Source: Candidatus Methylomirabilales bacterium (GTDB lineage: Bacteria > Methylomirabilota > Methylomirabilia > Methylomirabilales > CSP1-5). From it: a stretch of DNA of 64,000 nt. The stretch covers positions 43,944-107,943 of the forward strand of contig JBHIAH010000004.1 of assembly GCA_046758505.1 (NCBI GenBank). The letters are read 5' to 3'. Shown piece by piece: positions 1-11,458 of the stretch; position 1 is the first letter of the stretch, and the number at the start of each line of letters is the position of its first letter. The notes under the pieces are model-generated. The model ran no database searches. It saw nothing but the letters and a program-made list of their open reading frames with translations, and had not been told where the DNA came from. The position numbers and the translations under genes were made by a program.

Positions 1-164
1 CGCTCCGCGTTGAGGCCCTTGTAGGCCTCGCACGCTCCCTCAAGGCGGTTGATCGCGGCATGGAGGCGATCGAGGTGTACCAACGGATTATGCAAGCCTA
101 TCCGGGGACCAACTGGGCACGGGCGGCACAGGAGCAGTTGGCGTCGCTCGAGCGGGGAGGTTGA
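1..164 (+). CDS. 3' end of a tetratricopeptide-repeat (TPR) protein, partial
   Basis: Frame from position 3 reads LRVEALVGLARSLKAVDRGMEAIEVYQRIMQAYPGTNWARAAQEQLASLERGG-stop (TGA 162-164), a typical TPR C-terminus (A..Y..I...YP.T..A..A...L). Not in the ORF track. Confidence 0.7.
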   Translation, partial: LRVEALVGLARSLKAVDRGMEAIEVYQRIMQAYPGTNWARAAQEQLASLERGG

Positions 165-189
165 GCCGGGACGGTCGGGTGTGGCTCGT

Positions 190-217
190 ATGTCGGATAA
201 GAAGTCTTATGTAAACT
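190..217 (+). other. dif: dif chromosome dimer resolution site (XerC/XerD)
   Basis: ATGTCGGATAA-GAAGTC-TTATGTAAACT has the 11-6-11 layout. The right arm matches the Bacillus-type XerD arm TTATGTAAACT and the left arm ends ATAA. It sits between convergent genes. Confidence 0.8.
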
Positions 218-368
218 TACGCATCACCTTACATAAAACGTGCGACCTTCCCTGGATCAGCTTACATAAGACAAAACCCCTGTATCCCCTGCTATCCGCC
301 CTCCCCCTCTCAAAGAAAATGGCCGCGATCTCCGCGGCCCCCCTCGTCGGTCATCCGTCAGGAACCGG

Positions 369-860
369 TTACATCTTGTACTTGCCGAAGTCCTCCGGCT
401 TCAGGTTTTCAAGCCACTCCCGCCACCGATCGCTCTCCTCCTTCTCTTCCGCAATATCCATGCTCTTGGCTTTGCTGACCACTTTTTCTGTGACGAAAAT
501 CGGCGCATTCACTCTCAGCGCTAGAGCAATCGCATCGGAAGGCCGCGCATCGACGTTCACGACATTCCCGTTGTAACTGACCTCGATCACCGCGAAGAAC
601 GTGTTCTCCTTCAGGTCATTGACCACGATTTGTTGGACCGCGGCGCCGAGCCCGTCGAGGATGTTCTTGATCAGGTCATGCGTCATGGGGCGCGGCGTGG
701 AAATCTTCTCCAATTCCAGGGCGATGGCATTCGCCTCAAAGATGCCAACCCAGATGGGAAGAGCCCGTTTCTCCTCTACGTCCTTGAGAATAATGATCGG
801 CATGTTGGTGATCGGGTCGAGGGCGATCCCCCGCACTGTCATCCGGATCAGCATTGCCAT
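369..860 (-). CDS. Bifunctional nuclease family protein (DUF151)
   Basis: [20 protein letters not shown] and [11 protein letters not shown] motifs. Confidence 0.92.
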   Translation of the reverse strand: MAMLIRMTVRGIALDPITNMPIIILKDVEEKRALPIWVGIFEANAIALELEKISTPRPMTHDLIKNILDGLGAAVQQIVVNDLKENTFFAVIEVSYNGNVVNVDARPSDAIALALRVNAPIFVTEKVVSKAKSMDIAEEKEESDRWREWLENLKPEDFGKYKM

Positions 861-872
861 TCTCCCGTTCCC

Positions 873-1358
873 TCAGGCAGCCTCAAAGTAGGGCAACAGC
901 TTCGCGTAGGTTTCCTGGAGGTGCTCCGGAATCACCTTGGTCTCGCCCAGGACCGGCATGAAATTTGTATCCGCATTCCAGCGCGGAACGACGTGCATGT
1001 GCAGGTGGTCATCAATACCGGCCCCCGCCCCCTTGCCGATGTTCACCCCCATGTTGAATCCCTCCGCACGGAGGGCCTCGCCGAGGATTCGCTCGCTCCT
1101 ACACGCCCAGGTCATCATCTCGGCCCTTTCCTCGGCGGAGAGCTTCTCCAGACGCTCCAGATGGCGGTACGGAGCGATCATCAGGTGGCCGGAATTATAG
1201 GGGTAAATGTTCATCAGGACATACGTAAAGGGCCCTCTGGCGAGAATCAGGTTCTTCGTGTCATCCTCTTCTTTCGGCTTCTCGCACAGGATGCATCCGT
1301 TAGATCTCGGTCCCACGATGTACTGCATCCTCCACGGCGCCCACAGCGTCAGTCTCAT
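873..1358 (-). CDS. HIT family nucleotide hydrolase (FHIT/Ap4A-like)
   Basis: LWAPWR N-terminus, CxxC, HLHMHVVPRW histidine triad. Confidence 0.93.
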   Translation of the reverse strand: MRLTLWAPWRMQYIVGPRSNGCILCEKPKEEDDTKNLILARGPFTYVLMNIYPYNSGHLMIAPYRHLERLEKLSAEERAEMMTWACRSERILGEALRAEGFNMGVNIGKGAGAGIDDHLHMHVVPRWNADTNFMPVLGETKVIPEHLQETYAKLLPYFEAA

Positions 1359-1382
1359 CGTATCATCGGCTTTCCTGGACCG

Positions 1383-3173
1383 TCAAGAGGCGACCACCCG
1401 ATAAACGGGCTGAGCCCGCCCCACGCCTTTGAACTTAGCATCCCCCACATACGCAATCAAGATCTTTTTTTGAATTTCGGGATCGAAACAGGTATACCGA
1501 GTGCCGCCTTTTCCCTCCTCAACCTCCCAGGAGATGCTGCCCCGGAGCGCCTCCACATACTCGCCGGTCGCCGCGATTCCCGAATTGTAGAGAACGCCAC
1601 GCGGGTCAATCCAGACATCCTGATCGGCGTCCGCAGGCTGGGTTGGAGTTTCGGCCTCGACTTCCCAGGGACGGCTTCCCGAGCCTGTTACACGGCTGGC
1701 AATATTGACATGCCGGCCGATCACCGTCACATCCACCGATTTTTCATCCGTGAGAAAGCGGCTGATTTGCGCGCGACCGGTATGAAGGCTGATCCCCAAT
1801 CGATAAGACACCTTCCCCTGCTTTTGCAGGTCCTTGACCACTACCTGAATAGCGATCGCAGTTCGAAGCGCGTTTAACTCGTCCTCAGGGCTGACCCGGG
1901 TGGTCCCGAAGGTGATCATCACCCCATCGCCCGTGAATTTGTCGATCTGCCCCTTGAACCGTTTGACAATACCAGCCACGGGATCGAAGACTGTGTAGAG
2001 GGATCGCGTCAGTTCTACCTCCGAAATCCCCCCTTCCGAAACGGCCGTAAAACCCCGAAGGTCTGCGAAGACGATCGTCACCTTTCGCGCACTCCTGAGG
2101 ACCTCGCCTGACTCAGAAAACCGAAAGAGCCGCCCCTCGGCAACATACTCCTTGAGCTGCATTTCAACCAGTCCCGGAGGGATCAGCGCAATGTCGCTGC
2201 GAAGCCGATGGATGACTTCAGAACGACGGACCGCCTGGATAAGGTCTACGTAGTCACGGAAAAGATAATGCCATCCGCCCCGGCGTTCCCGCCCCGCCTT
2301 CAGCGCGGGGGAAGCCGTGACGCGTTCCATGGTCTCGTCGTAGTCCGTAAAGAGATAGGTCACAATGGTCGGGTGAAACATCATCTTCACGTGCGCGCCC
2401 TCCTGATCATATGTGCCGCGATCCACGCTCGGAAGATGGGTTTTCACCACATCGAGTAGGGAGTGTTCCTGCTTCGTTAAACCATGGCGAATCCGGTCAC
2501 GCAGAATAGTCCGCAGTTCCCTGTATTCTTCGCCGGTGAGACGGAACCGCCGGTTTTGCGGGACGAGGACGCTCTCGAAGCGGATACGGGGCACGTCCAC
2601 CTCCGTAAGCGGCAATTGATCCTCAACGAGACTCTCGATCAGGCGGTGGTTGAAAGGAATGCCGAGGTTGTATTCCAGTGTCTCGGGGGCCGTACTGGCA
2701 AAATGATGCCAGGTCGATCGATGAAGGAGCCGGTAGAACCCGCGGATCAGGGGGTGCATCTGGTATTTCAAATGGCTCCGGATCCCCTCCCGATTGAAAT
2801 ACTCTTCTACGGTGGCGGCCACCTCTTTGGAATGGGCCAGCCAGAAAAGATTCAACAACCCCGATCGGCGCTCGTTCTCGATAATATTTGTGGTGATCCG
2901 CAGCAGCAGCTGGAAATAGGCCCACTCCGCCTGCTGTGACTCCCGTGGTTCCCCCGCATTTTCCATGAGGGAGCGGGACGTCGCTTCCAGAAAACTCAGA
3001 AACGCGGACTGCAGGCCGGGGTGAAGTTGGACGAGAAAGACCGGCTGGTCCCCTGCAGGCTCGGGACCCGCCGGAAAAGTGGGGGGAGGAACCCCAAAGA
3101 GTTCCTGAATTTCTTCGCTTCTACCTTCGATGAAGCGAGACAAGGGAGCATTCCTGTTCCCGGAACGGGTCAC
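1383..3173 (-). CDS. Class III adenylate/guanylate cyclase with a large uncharacterised N-terminal region
   Basis: C-terminal TIVFADLRGFT, IDKFTGDGVM, GISLHTG and TVIGRHVNIASR motifs. Confidence 0.82.
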   Translation of the reverse strand: MTRSGNRNAPLSRFIEGRSEEIQELFGVPPPTFPAGPEPAGDQPVFLVQLHPGLQSAFLSFLEATSRSLMENAGEPRESQQAEWAYFQLLLRITTNIIENERRSGLLNLFWLAHSKEVAATVEEYFNREGIRSHLKYQMHPLIRGFYRLLHRSTWHHFASTAPETLEYNLGIPFNHRLIESLVEDQLPLTEVDVPRIRFESVLVPQNRRFRLTGEEYRELRTILRDRIRHGLTKQEHSLLDVVKTHLPSVDRGTYDQEGAHVKMMFHPTIVTYLFTDYDETMERVTASPALKAGRERRGGWHYLFRDYVDLIQAVRRSEVIHRLRSDIALIPPGLVEMQLKEYVAEGRLFRFSESGEVLRSARKVTIVFADLRGFTAVSEGGISEVELTRSLYTVFDPVAGIVKRFKGQIDKFTGDGVMITFGTTRVSPEDELNALRTAIAIQVVVKDLQKQGKVSYRLGISLHTGRAQISRFLTDEKSVDVTVIGRHVNIASRVTGSGSRPWEVEAETPTQPADADQDVWIDPRGVLYNSGIAATGEYVEALRGSISWEVEEGKGGTRYTCFDPEIQKKILIAYVGDAKFKGVGRAQPVYRVVAS

Positions 3174-3241
3174 GTGTTACATGCACTAATGGCCGACTGA
3201 CCGCGTAGGGGCCGAGAGGGAAGTCTCGTGAGGAAAAGGGC

Positions 3242-3523
3242 TTACTTGTCGATGAGCGCCTTTAGCTCCTTTCCCGGCTTAAAGTAGGGAACCCTCTTGG
3301 CCGGGACACTCACCGTGGCGCCGCTCTGCGGGTTCCGCCCCTGGCGAGCACCGCGACGGCGGATGCGGAAACTCCCGAAGCCCCGAAGTTCAACCTTGCC
3401 GTCCTGGGTCGATGCGAGTGCCGTGGCGATGCCTTCGAAGATCGTATCAATGACAACCTCGGTCTCCTTTTTTGTCAGATTGACCGTCGCAGCGATCTTC
3501 TCCACGAGATCTGCCTTGGTCAT
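3242..3523 (-). CDS. ihfB: Integration host factor beta / HU family DNA-binding protein
   Basis: MTKADLV...VELRGFGSF...GRNPQSG...PYFKPGKELK; downstream of rpsA-sppA. Confidence 0.88.
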   Translation of the reverse strand: MTKADLVEKIAATVNLTKKETEVVIDTIFEGIATALASTQDGKVELRGFGSFRIRRRGARQGRNPQSGATVSVPAKRVPYFKPGKELKALIDK

Positions 3524-3549
3524 TGCTTTCCTCCTTCACGCACGGGATT

Positions 3550-4452
3550 TCACCACTGCCACAGATAATCCACGGACAATTGCCCGGTTCCCCTCCCCAG
3601 GATCTTGTGCCGCCATGACGTCGCAGCGCCTCCCAGCAAAAACCGGAGCAGGGAAAATTCGCGTTCCTTCACCTGCACGATTTCCGGTTTCCCCTCAATC
3701 CCCCCCATTCTTGCTGCCGCCTCGATGGCATCTTGGAGGTTTCCTAGCTGATCCACCAAACCTACCTTCAGGGCCTGGCGCCCGCTCAAAATTCGACCAT
3801 CCGCCAGCGTCTCGACCTGTTCGCGGGAAAGACCGCGCCCCTCGACCACGGCTTGGATGAACTGGTCGTGGATGTCATCGATCAATCGTTGCAACAACTG
3901 TTGCTCCTGGGGCGAGAGATCTCTGGTGGCCGAGGCCATATCCTTGTATGGCCCGCTTTTGATAACCACCGATCGAATCCCCACCTTTTGCAGCAAATCC
4001 GAGACGTTGGGGAACTGCATGATCACCCCTATGCTGCCAGTGATGCTTCCGGGATTGGCCAGGATCCGGTCGGCAGCCGCAGCGATATAGTAGCCGCCCG
4101 ACGCTCCCACTGTAGAGAGGGAGGCTACCACCGGCTTGTCGTGAACCCGGCGGATCTTCTTGATTTCCTCATAGATCTCTTGAGAAGGCGCTACTCCCCC
4201 TCCCGGACTGTTGATGCGGATCACGAAAGCCTGGACCGTCCGATTTTCGACGTGATGCCTGATCTGCTCGATGACCCCTTCGGACTCCGTAATGATCCCG
4301 TCCACCTCGAGCAGGGCCACCTTCGGACCCCCGAACTGTTCCCGGTTCCCTAGCAGGAAGGCCACGCCGAAGATCAAGAGGAAAAAGAACAGTCCGATGG
4401 CGCCTATGACAATCACGGCGCGCCAGAAAGAGCGTCTCCGTCCCGCACGCAT
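3550..4452 (-). CDS. sppA: Signal peptide peptidase SppA (36K type)
   Basis: N-terminal TM helix, RINSPGG, ASGGYY, GSIGV, KSGPYKD. Confidence 0.95.
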   Translation of the reverse strand: MRAGRRRSFWRAVIVIGAIGLFFFLLIFGVAFLLGNREQFGGPKVALLEVDGIITESEGVIEQIRHHVENRTVQAFVIRINSPGGGVAPSQEIYEEIKKIRRVHDKPVVASLSTVGASGGYYIAAAADRILANPGSITGSIGVIMQFPNVSDLLQKVGIRSVVIKSGPYKDMASATRDLSPQEQQLLQRLIDDIHDQFIQAVVEGRGLSREQVETLADGRILSGRQALKVGLVDQLGNLQDAIEAAARMGGIEGKPEIVQVKEREFSLLRFLLGGAATSWRHKILGRGTGQLSVDYLWQW

Positions 4453-4455
4453 GGG

Positions 4456-6132
<1,677 letters not shown>

Positions 6133-6162
6133 ACCTGGGTGTACCTCCCGGTAAAGGATTCC

Positions 6163-6804
6163 TTACACATCAGCATCGTACGATCCCGGAGAATGAGCCC
6201 GGGCCCTCAATTCGGCGATCCCTTTCATGACTCGTTCACTCAGGCACCGGTAGCCCCATCGGCTCGCCTCGCGTGTGGTCTCGGGTGCCAATCGCAACGC
6301 AGAACCGAAATACACCGCCACGGGACGGACCCGAGGAATTCGCTTTCCTCGGGGCAGGACATTATCGGTGCCTTGAACGTACACGGGGACCACCGCACAG
6401 CCGGACCGGGCTGCCAGAAACCCGATCCCCTCCTCTGCCGCCTGCAGGGCCATTCCGTCTCCACGGGTCCCTTCCGGAAACATGAGAAGGCTCTCCCCCT
6501 CCCCGAGAAGGCGTAGACATTGCCGGATCGCCGCGTGGTCCACCTGACCTCTCCGAACAGGAAAGGCATGGAGGTCTCGAATGAGCGCACCAAAGAATGG
6601 GGACCGAAAGAGCTCCTCTTTCGCCATAAAGTGAAGCTGCCGTTCCGCGAGGGCCGCGCCGATAAACAGGGGATCGACGTAACTCACGTGATTGGCGGCC
6701 AGGATCACGCCCTCTGAGTTTGGAACCTCCTCTTTCCCCACCACTCGGAAGCGAAACACCGGCATGATAATGGGGAGGAATATTTGGAGGGCCCGATACC
6801 ACAC
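6163..6804 (-). CDS. plsC: 1-acyl-sn-glycerol-3-phosphate acyltransferase
   Basis: NHVSYVD and FPEGTR motifs; GTG at 6804 follows GGGAGG (start adjusted from ORF track). Confidence 0.9.
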   Translation of the reverse strand: MWYRALQIFLPIIMPVFRFRVVGKEEVPNSEGVILAANHVSYVDPLFIGAALAERQLHFMAKEELFRSPFFGALIRDLHAFPVRRGQVDHAAIRQCLRLLGEGESLLMFPEGTRGDGMALQAAEEGIGFLAARSGCAVVPVYVQGTDNVLPRGKRIPRVRPVAVYFGSALRLAPETTREASRWGYRCLSERVMKGIAELRARAHSPGSYDADV

Positions 6805-6881
6805 GTGAAGCAGCCTCCCGCCACCCCTGAAAGTCACGTATTTTACCGCGCTTGCAACGCCCATGCAAGGAAAAAATCGTG

Positions 6882-7562
6882 TCACTTCTCGACCGTCCGC
6901 CGGATATGCTCCTCCATCGCCCCCACCACCTCTTCCGGGCTCAAAAAGGTCGTGTCGATGGGGATGGCGTCGGGGGCCGGCTTCAGTGGTGAGGCCACCC
7001 GCTCCATGTCCCGACGATCTCGGCGGGCAACCTCCTCGAGCGTCCCCTCAAGGTTTCCCTGGGCGTGGGGGGACTCCTGGAAGCGGCGACGTCCCCGCTC
7101 ATCCAGGGAGGCGGTGAAGTAAAATTTCACCGCCGCGTGCGGAAAGACCACCGTTCCGATATCGCGGCCATCCATCACCACCCCGCCCTGTGCCCCCAGC
7201 GCTCGTTGCCTTTTCACCAGCTCTTCCCGGATGCTCGCATGAACCGAGACGAGTGAGGCGGCTGCCTGGATGTTCGGGGACTGGAGCGCCTCGGTGATGT
7301 CTTCTCCATCGACCACCACCCGAAACCCCTCGGCTGTCGGCCGAAACTCGAGCCTGGTTTGCGTGAGCAGCCCTTTCAGGCGAAGGGGGTCCGAGAGATC
7401 AACCCCCTGCTCGATCGCCTTCCAGGCCAGTGCCCGGTACATGGCCCCACTCTCGATGTGACAATACCCGAGCCGCTGGGCCAACAAGCGAGCCGCCGTG
7501 GTCTTCCCGGCGCCCACTGGGCCGTCGATGGTAATGATGAGATCCCCCCGGAGACGCCTCAT
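6882..7562 (-). CDS. cmk: Cytidylate kinase
   Basis: ITIDGPVGAGKTT, SGAMYR, VMDGRDIGTVVFP; ATG overlaps the aroA stop (ATGA). Confidence 0.95.
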   Translation of the reverse strand: MRRLRGDLIITIDGPVGAGKTTAARLLAQRLGYCHIESGAMYRALAWKAIEQGVDLSDPLRLKGLLTQTRLEFRPTAEGFRVVVDGEDITEALQSPNIQAAASLVSVHASIREELVKRQRALGAQGGVVMDGRDIGTVVFPHAAVKFYFTASLDERGRRRFQESPHAQGNLEGTLEEVARRDRRDMERVASPLKPAPDAIPIDTTFLSPEEVVGAMEEHIRRTVEK

Positions 7563-8875
7563 GGCTTTCTTTCTATGGACTTGGGAAGAAAGCGCTGCAG
7601 CGTTTCCACAAAGCCGGGGAAGGAGGTGGAGATGCACCCTGTGTCCAAAACCGTGGTCTCTCCCTCGGCCCTGAGACCCGCCACGGTCAGGGCCATGGCC
7701 ATTCGATGGTCTCCGTGGCTCTCGCAACGGGCTCCGCGAAGGCCCTGCCCCCCATGGATAATAAGCCCATCCTCGAGCTCTTCGGTCTGCACGCCCATGC
7801 GGTTCAGCTCTATGGCAAGGGATCGGATCCGATCCGACTCCTTGACCCGCAGTTCGGCGGCACCCCGGATCACGGTCTTCCCCTCCGCACACGCGGCGGC
7901 CATTCCCAAGACCGGGATCTCATCGATCAAGCGCGGGATCAGATCCCCCCCGATACGCACCCCCCTGAGGGGTCCCGAGCGAACGTGGAGATTGGCCCTC
8001 GGCTCTCCGGCGCTCTCGCCGTGGGGAAGGACCTGTACCGCCCCCCCCATCGCCCGGAGAACCTCCACGAGTCCTGTCCGAGTCGGGTTGAATCCTACCC
8101 CCTCGAGGGTGAGATCGGAATCGGGAAGGATGAGGCCCGCCACGAGGAAGAAGGCAGCCGACGAGAAGTCTCCCGGAACGGAGATGGGGGCGGCCTTGAG
8201 GGTTCCGCAGGGGTTGATGGACACCTCCCGCTCTCCCCGCTCCACCGGCTGGCCCCAGGCCTCGAGCATGCGCTCGGTATGATCCCGCGAGGTGACCGGT
8301 TCGACGATGGTCGTCCGACCCTCGGCAAAGAGGCCGGCCAGGAGGATGGCGGACTTTACCTGTGCCGAGGCGATCGGAGTCCGATATGTAATCCCTCGAA
8401 GAACCCTGCCGCGCAGCACCAGGGGGGGGAGTGTATTCTGGGCCCGACCCCAGATCTCCCCCCCCATCTGTCTCAGAGGCACGATGACTCGATCCATGGG
8501 TCGACGCCTGAGGGAAGCATCTCCCGTCAGGACGGACAGGAAGGGTTGCCCTGCCAGGACACCCGAAAGGAGACGGAGCGTCGTCCCCGAATTCCCGCAG
8601 TCCAGAACGTCACCCGCCTCCCGGAGGCCGCGAAGCCCCTTCCCGTAAATCCGAAGGGGCTCCCCTTCTCCCCCTTTGACCTCCACCCCCAGGGCGCGGA
8701 CAGCTTCGAGGGTTCGCGTGCAATCCCCCGACATGAGACACCCTGAGATTTCCGTACATCCATCCGCTAGGGCGCCAAGGATAATCGCCCGGTGGGAGAT
8801 GGACTTGTCTCCCGGGACCGAGAGCCTCCCCTGTAGTCCCCGCGCACCTCCCCGAATCCTAAGCTGTTGCTCCAT
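7559..8875 (-). CDS. aroA: 3-phosphoshikimate 1-carboxyvinyltransferase
   Basis: PGDKSISHR, GNSGTT, SAQVKSA, RVKESDR, DHRMAM. Confidence 0.97.
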   Translation of the reverse strand: MEQQLRIRGGARGLQGRLSVPGDKSISHRAIILGALADGCTEISGCLMSGDCTRTLEAVRALGVEVKGGEGEPLRIYGKGLRGLREAGDVLDCGNSGTTLRLLSGVLAGQPFLSVLTGDASLRRRPMDRVIVPLRQMGGEIWGRAQNTLPPLVLRGRVLRGITYRTPIASAQVKSAILLAGLFAEGRTTIVEPVTSRDHTERMLEAWGQPVERGEREVSINPCGTLKAAPISVPGDFSSAAFFLVAGLILPDSDLTLEGVGFNPTRTGLVEVLRAMGGAVQVLPHGESAGEPRANLHVRSGPLRGVRIGGDLIPRLIDEIPVLGMAAACAEGKTVIRGAAELRVKESDRIRSLAIELNRMGVQTEELEDGLIIHGGQGLRGARCESHGDHRMAMALTVAGLRAEGETTVLDTGCISTSFPGFVETLQRFLPKSIERKP

Positions 8876-9869
8876 AGGTTTGCCGGTTGCGGATACTCGC
8901 GATCAACGCCTCTGTGATCCGTCCGGAGTCGGCGTCCGGCAGGTCGAACCAGGTGACCCCCTGCTCGCGGCGAAACCACGTCATTTGACGCTTCGCATAA
9001 TGCCGCGTTCCCTGTTTCGTCCGCCACACCGCCTCCTCCAGAGTCCCCTGCCCTAACAGAAAGGCAACTATGTGGCGATAGTTGTGGCTGCGGAGAGGCT
9101 TGATGTTTGCGGCATAGCCGGCTTCGAGCAGCTCCCGGACTTCCTCCACAAGGCCGCACTCGACCATCCGGTCCACCCGGTCGTCAATCCGGCGGTAGAG
9201 CGCGGCCCGCTCCCGCCGCAGCCCCAAGAAGAGGACGGAGGGGAGAACCAGACCCTCCCGGTGGGCCGCCTGCAGCTCCGAGACCCGGCGGCCGGTGACC
9301 TCGATGATTTCGAGGGCTCGAATAAGGCGGAATGCATCCCGGGGATGAATTCTGGCTGCGGTCGACGGATCGAGGTGCGTCAGTCGGGCATGCAGCACCT
9401 CCGGGCCGTCCCCGGCCACCTGTTGTCCCAGGCGGTGTCTGATGCTTGGGACTTCCCGCGGGCCAGAAAAAATTTCACCCCGCAGGGCCCGGAGGTACAG
9501 ACCCGAGCCTCCCACCACGAGAGGCAGGCGGCCGCGGGAACGAATCTGTTGCAGGGCCCGACCGGCCAATCGGGCGTAATCGGCAGCCGTGAAGGGATCC
9601 ACCGGATCCACCACATCGATGAGATGGTGAGGAACCCCTTGCTGTTCAATATGAGACGGTTTGGCGGTGCCGATGTTCAGATGCCGATAGACTTGCATAG
9701 AGTCGAGAGCCACAATCTCTCCTCCCAGTGCCTTGGCCAATTCCACAGCGACGGCGCTCTTCCCGACCGCGGTCGGACCGACCAAGGCGACAAAAGCGGG
9801 AGGGGATTCGAAAGGGGGTGCTGGAACAGGGGTTGCCTGGGAAGACGGAGCGTCCACCTGAAGCATCAT
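8859..9869 (-). CDS. miaA: tRNA dimethylallyltransferase
   Basis: GPTAVGKS, DSMQVYR, IGTAKP, YAKRQMTWFR; start placed at the ATGA overlap. Confidence 0.95.
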   Translation of the reverse strand: MMLQVDAPSSQATPVPAPPFESPPAFVALVGPTAVGKSAVAVELAKALGGEIVALDSMQVYRHLNIGTAKPSHIEQQGVPHHLIDVVDPVDPFTAADYARLAGRALQQIRSRGRLPLVVGGSGLYLRALRGEIFSGPREVPSIRHRLGQQVAGDGPEVLHARLTHLDPSTAARIHPRDAFRLIRALEIIEVTGRRVSELQAAHREGLVLPSVLFLGLRRERAALYRRIDDRVDRMVECGLVEEVRELLEAGYAANIKPLRSHNYRHIVAFLLGQGTLEEAVWRTKQGTRHYAKRQMTWFRREQGVTWFDLPDADSGRITEALIASIRNRQTYGATA

Positions 9870-10315
9870 CTGGCAGCTCGATGCAGCGCTTGTGACTCCT
9901 CGATCTCGAAGGGCAGGAGAAACGTGTACCCCCACAGACCAATCGGCTGTTGCCACCTGATCCTGGCTACGACCTCCCCCGGAACCACCTTCAACACCAC
10001 CTCGTGCTCCAGAACGGGGAGTTCGAGCTCTCGGACGCGCGCCATAATCCGCTCCATTCCCTCGTCCAAGCGTCGGGGCGCCATGGCGGTGTCGCGAACC
10101 ACGAGGCGAACATCATTCCTGAGTGACCAGTAATTCACGTACGCGGAGACCGCCTGAATGCCTGCGTACACGAGAACCGCAAGGAGGAACAGGAGGAGCA
10201 GGCTCCCGATCCTGACTCTCCCCTTCCTCCCAACCGTCGCGAGATGCGTGAGGTCGGCGGGGGGCCACCCCCCGTATTCCCCGACGGTCCCAGAAGGCCG
10301 AACGACTTCACCCAT
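9866..10315 (-). CDS. Small membrane-anchored protein (DUF4845-like); true start probably downstream
   Basis: Basic N-region, one hydrophobic helix, stop overlaps the miaA start. Confidence 0.55.
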   Translation of the reverse strand: MGEVVRPSGTVGEYGGWPPADLTHLATVGRKGRVRIGSLLLLFLLAVLVYAGIQAVSAYVNYWSLRNDVRLVVRDTAMAPRRLDEGMERIMARVRELELPVLEHEVVLKVVPGEVVARIRWQQPIGLWGYTFLLPFEIEESQALHRAAR

Positions 10316-10436
10316 AGGGGAAAATCCGTGTCAAGCCGGTATCGTAACCGCCTGCGAAACGCCGCACGAAACAAAAATACCTCCGGACCTCCGGAGGCAT
10401 CCTCGCGGATAGGGAAAATGCTCGAGGGCTGGAGGA

Positions 10437-11438
10437 CTACCGAGGTCCCCCTTTGATCCAGCTCATCATGGACCGCAGTTCTTTCCCTACAACCTCGATG
10501 GGATGCTCGGCGTCCTTTTTCCGAAGCGCCAGAAAGCTCGGGCGACCTGCCTGATTTTCCAGGATCCATTCCCCGGCGAAGCTTCCATCCTGAATCTCTT
10601 GCAGGATCTTTTTCATCTCCGCCCGGACCGACTCGCTAATCACGCGGGGCCCCCGGCTGTAATCCCCGTACTCAGCGGTATCACTCACGGAATACCGCAT
10701 ATAGGCGAGACCGCCCTGGTAGAAGAGATCCACGATCAACTTGAGCTCGTGGAGACATTCGAAGTAGGCGAGTTCCGGCTGGTATCCCGCCTCCACCAGG
10801 GTTTCATACGCGGCCTTGATCAAGGCCGAAACCCCGCCGCACAGAACCGTCTGTTCCCCGAACAGGTCGGTCTCGGTCTCTTCCCTGAAGCTGGTCTCGA
10901 GGACCCCGGCCCGGGTGCATCCGATACCCTTGGCATAGGCCAAGGCCACTTCCTTCGCCTTGCCCGACGTGTTTTGATGGATAGCCAGAAGGGCTGGGAC
11001 CCCGGAGCCCTCCGAATACACCTGACGCATCATGTGACCCGGCGCCTTGGGGGCCACCATGGAGACATCGACATCCTGTGGGGGCATGACTTGATGAAAA
11101 TGGATGTTAAAACCGTGGGCGAACATGAGGGTCTTGCCGGGGGTGAGGCCCTGTTGGATTGAATCGAGATAGACCTGTCGCTGGTGTTGATCGGGGATGA
11201 GCATCATGACGATCTGCGCCGTTGCGGCCGCCTCGTCCACCGTCATCACCTTCAGCCCATCCGCTCTTGCTTTCTCCCAAGATTTCGATCCTTGATAGAG
11301 CCCCACCACGACGGTGAAGCCGGCATCCTTCAGGTTCAGGGCATGCGCGTGTCCCTGACTCCCGTACCCGATGACGGCAATGGTCTTACCTTTCAAGAGG
11401 GACAGATCCGCATCCTTATCGTAATAGAGCTTGGCCAT
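10437..11438 (-). CDS. ilvC: Ketol-acid reductoisomerase
   Basis: [38 protein letters not shown]. Confidence 0.98.
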   Translation of the reverse strand: MAKLYYDKDADLSLLKGKTIAVIGYGSQGHAHALNLKDAGFTVVVGLYQGSKSWEKARADGLKVMTVDEAAATAQIVMMLIPDQHQRQVYLDSIQQGLTPGKTLMFAHGFNIHFHQVMPPQDVDVSMVAPKAPGHMMRQVYSEGSGVPALLAIHQNTSGKAKEVALAYAKGIGCTRAGVLETSFREETETDLFGEQTVLCGGVSALIKAAYETLVEAGYQPELAYFECLHELKLIVDLFYQGGLAYMRYSVSDTAEYGDYSRGPRVISESVRAEMKKILQEIQDGSFAGEWILENQAGRPSFLALRKKDAEHPIEVVGKELRSMMSWIKGGPR

Positions 11439-11458
11439 CTATGTTCCCCCGCTTTCCT

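Noticed and set aside
369..3173. Cyclase plus HIT plus DUF151 as a cyclic-nucleotide anti-phage system (Pycsar/CBASS-like)
   Set aside because: No cyclic-nucleotide-binding effector, purine-type specificity residues, housekeeping context and no compositional anomaly
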